From the NCBI RefSeq assembly GCF_000008305.1, contig NC_006055.1, forward strand, positions 570,001 through 602,000: DNA of 32,000 nt, read 5' to 3'. Position numbers and translations under genes: made by a program. This document shows positions 28,961 to 32,000 of this stretch, piece after piece. The notes beneath the pieces are model-generated. The model made no database searches, had not been told where the DNA came from, and saw only the letters and a list, made by a program, of their open reading frames with translations. Each line of letters starts with the position of its first letter. Positions within the stretch are counted from its first letter, which is position 1. This stretch comes from Mesoplasma florum L1. GTDB lineage: Bacteria > Bacillota_I > Bacilli_A > Mycoplasmatales > Mycoplasmataceae.

Positions 28961-31900
28961 TTAATTTTTACCTGCACGTAATGTATTATATGCATCAATT
29001 AATTTTGGATCTAATTCATTATTAAAGAATGGTTGCAATCATGTGTCTTTGTAACCTGATCCTTCTTGTAAAATAATAGGTTTAAACATATCTGCATATC
29101 TGTAGTATGTTCCTTCTTCTTCACCATCTACTGGTGCTGCTGTTGCTGAAGCCAATGTTTCAACAAAACCAGTTGGTGTACCTGTTGAATCTGATATATC
29201 TTCAGCATGTGCTATAAAGAAGTTAATAAAGTCATAAGCGATATCTTTATGTGTAGAATATTTAGACATAACCATATTATCTGAATATATGTTTGTTGTT
29301 TGATGAGTTGGTGCATCTTCTTCAGTTGGTTTTTCACCATTTACTCCTTCAACTTCTGCATTAGGTCTACCATATAAGAAGTAAACTTTATTTTCATCTT
29401 CATCAGCTTTAGGCTGAACTGAATATGTATCATCATCTTCATCTGTTTCTAAAGTATCCTCACCATTATAAACAACATTAGCATATGATAAGTCTCCGTT
29501 ATACATAACAGCAAAGTCAAATCTTCCTTCAGCTGCACTTTGAATTAATGAATCACCTTGTAATCCAACTTTTTTATAGCTTAATAATGTTGCTAACTCT
29601 CTTGTAGCTGCATCAATTTGACTTTGTTTAGTTAAATTACCAGTACCATACAATATTTGTCCTGCCATTGCATAAACGTTTTTAGGATCTTCATTTAAAA
29701 CAACTTCTTTACCAGCCGCTGCTGCATCTCATAAAATTCTTCATGAAAGTTCAGAGTTATTCATTGCATAGTCATAATCTTTATCATAGTCTGTGTTATT
29801 ACCAATTGATTCTCATTTTGCTTCTTCACCAGATTTTAATTTTCTTAATAATGTTTCTGGATGAGTTTCTAATAATCATTTTATATTAGCTGCATCTGGA
29901 TTTGAACTTGTTCTGCTTGTTCCCATTGAATTTGGGTTAACAGCAATAACTAAATCTCCTCATAAATAAGGTATAGCATAATCAATAATTGACCCTGTAC
30001 CTAATTGAGTTTCTTCATACTCTTCTGACTCTGAATAATTAACTTTAGATTTATACATAATATCTAAAAGCTCATCACTTATTTGTAATGTTTCAGCTTC
30101 TTCTTCTGATTGAGTTTTTGCTATAAATTCTTCTGAAGGTTTTTTATCTGGATTAATTCCTTTTTCTAAACCATCAAATCCTTCTGATCATGCATTAATT
30201 CTTGAATAATCTAATGGTTCTAACTTACCTTCTTCAGCTAATTTTTGTACCATGTAATCACTAGGTACCATTAAGTCATAGTTGAATGTGTAAAGTTTAT
30301 TATAAAGTGTTTCATTTGAATCATATTCTTGATAGTTAACTTTAACATTGTATTCTTTTTCAAATTCTTTAATTAAAGATGGATCAATATATTCTCCCCA
30401 GTTACCAATAACTAAATCATAAATATTATTCATAACAAATGCCACAGTTAATCCTGTAAATGATACTAAGAATAAAAGTGACACTAAAAGTACTTTTCAA
30501 CTTCTAGCAAAGAAACCTTTTGTAAAGTTTGCTTCATCAATATTTGTTGGGAAATATTTTTCTTTTTGTTTTGCTATAGCTAACTTAATATGTGTTACTT
30601 TTTCATCTTTTGCTTTTATTAAATTATTTTGTTTTGTTTCAAATTTTACAAAAGCTTCATTTTTTAAATTAATTAATTCTTTATCATTTGGATTTTTTGA
30701 AATTTTGTTATTTATTTTGCTTGTTACACTTATTTTTCTAAAAGCTTGTGTTGCAACTAAATCTAATCTACTTGCTAAATCATTAATTTTGTTTTCGTTA
30801 ATTTGTTTAATGTCTTTCAATTTTTCAACAATCATTCTAAGTTTAAAGTTATTTTTTCCTTCTTCAACTTCAATTTTTCATTCTTCATAGTATTTAATTT
30901 TTTTGTTATATCAATTAATAGTACTTTTTGAAGGATCAATTTCTGCTTTAAATTCTTTTTTAAGTTGTTTAATTTTTTTGTTAATTGAAGCGGCTTTTTC
31001 TTTAGCTTCTTTTTCTTTTTCATTTAATCATGCAACTTCTTCAGAAAGGAATGTTACTTTTTCTTCTATTTTTTCTAACTGAATAGAAATCTTAGCTGCT
31101 TTCTTAATATCTGTTGTTTTAGATAATTGTTTTTCAAGTTGTTTTTGTTTTGCAATTGCTTTTTTCAATCTAGCACCATATCTTTTTTCACGGTTAATTG
31201 TATTTTGCAATTTATATCTTTTTCATTCTAATTTTGCTATTTTTTTATCATAGTTTTTTGAATTAGCAATTTTAAGTTTAAATTTCAATACGTAAAACTT
31301 AAATCATATTGATAAGTTGAAAGAAATCTTTCTTTTTGTACCAGTATTCAATGAATCTGTTAACATTTGAATTTCTTTTTCTAATTTATATATTTCTTTA
31401 GTTTTATATGTACCATTTTTAATTTGTAATTTTGTTGTTTCTTTTTTATCTTGAGCAAATAAGAAAGCGTTTCAAATAATTACACCTGCTGCAATGATTC
31501 CTACCATCATTGTTCCAAATGCAAAAATATAAGGTTTAATTCTTTTTGCTGAATAAATAAATGACGCAACGTTTGTTTGAGCTCCACCTGTAAAGTATGA
31601 AATGATGAAGTCATCAAAACTCATTGCAAATGCTATGATAGTTGCAATAATAATTGCTGGTTTTAAAATAGGTAAAATAATTTTAAATATAACAGTACTT
31701 GTTTTAGCACCTAAATCATAACTAGCTTCAACTATTGATTTATCTACTTTTCTAAGTCTTGGCATAACTGTAATTAAAACATACGGAACGTTGAATGAAA
31801 CGTGGGCCATAATTAAAGTTAAAATACCAAATTTTAATCCACATATCAAAAATACTACCATTAAAGCAACAGCTGTAATAATATCAGCATTAATTAATGG

Positions 31901-32000
31901 AATGTTTGCAATTGACATTCATTTGCTTTGTTTTCTTTTTGTTAATCTGCTAAGTCCAATAGCAGCCATAACTCCGATTACAACACTAATCATTGTTGAA
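28961..32000 (-). CDS. potCD: fused spermidine/putrescine ABC transporter permease (PotC-like), ~300-aa coiled-coil linker, TM anchor and substrate-binding domain (PotD-like); N-terminus outside the window
   Basis: ORFs 29039-29668, 30188-30484, 30497-30835, 31028-31210 and 31472-31918 share one frame. I translated both gaps (30836-31027, 31211-31471) and they contain only TGA. The permease part is ...IANIPLINADIITAVALMV...SYDLGAKTSTVIFKIILP (EAA-like loop). The SBP part begins after the TM WKVLLVSLLFLVSFTGLTVAF with ...YNVKVNYQEYDSNETLYNKL..DLMVPSDYMV. TAA 28961-28963. Confidence 0.85.

Noticed and set aside
30832-31023. Lys-rich 63-aa minus-strand ORF (MKKKKKLKKKPLQL...)
   Set aside because: It is out of frame with potCD, which reads continuously through this interval in another frame. 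It is a composition artefact of the A-rich linker.

Overview
AT-rich Mollicutes-type chromosome segment (Mesoplasma/Entomoplasma/Mycoplasma mycoides-clade style) that must be read with genetic code 4. Almost every stop that fragments the supplied standard-code ORF track is an in-frame TGA (tca on the + strand). Rejoining the fragments by hand gives intact genes wherever I checked: mgtA, the HAD gene, the lipoprotein, potCD and the orphan gene. Every supported gene lies on the minus strand: 25 CDS (2 cut by the window edges), one candidate leader sORF and 11 tRNAs. Listed by increasing + coordinate (the reverse of transcription order), the content is: PH-domain protein, two small TM/coiled-coil paralogs, DHH/NrnA-like phosphoesterase, 558-aa membrane protein, leuS, solitary tRNA-Ile(GAT), an orphan 589-aa gene, rpsI, rplM, tsaB, tsaE, mgtA with a long leader, ROK glucokinase, 117-aa membrane protein, GH13 phosphotrehalase, PTS EIIBC, LacI-type repressor with a palindromic operator, gpmI, Cof-type HAD phosphatase, tpiA, an 838-aa repeat-containing lipoprotein, a 230-aa membrane protein, the classical nine-tRNA operon (Arg-Pro-Ala-Met-Ile-Ser-fMet-Asp-Phe in transcription order), tRNA-Cys, two overlapping paralogous polytopic membrane proteins, and a fused PotC-coiled-coil-PotD polyamine transporter. 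Most of this is housekeeping. The best candidate for something new is the orphan gene at 6775-8544. It is a self-contained transcription unit between tRNA-Ile and the ribosomal-protein operon, and its C-terminus has a restriction-endonuclease-like motif set that I recall from the uncharacterised TIGR04141/DUF6119 family, so it may be a single-gene defence nuclease. Secondary items are a strongly SD-preceded 26-codon sORF in the mgtA leader, the potCD linker, and the tandem membrane paralogs. No CRISPR array, transposase, integrase or rRNA was seen. All homology statements come from reading the translations by eye, with no database search.
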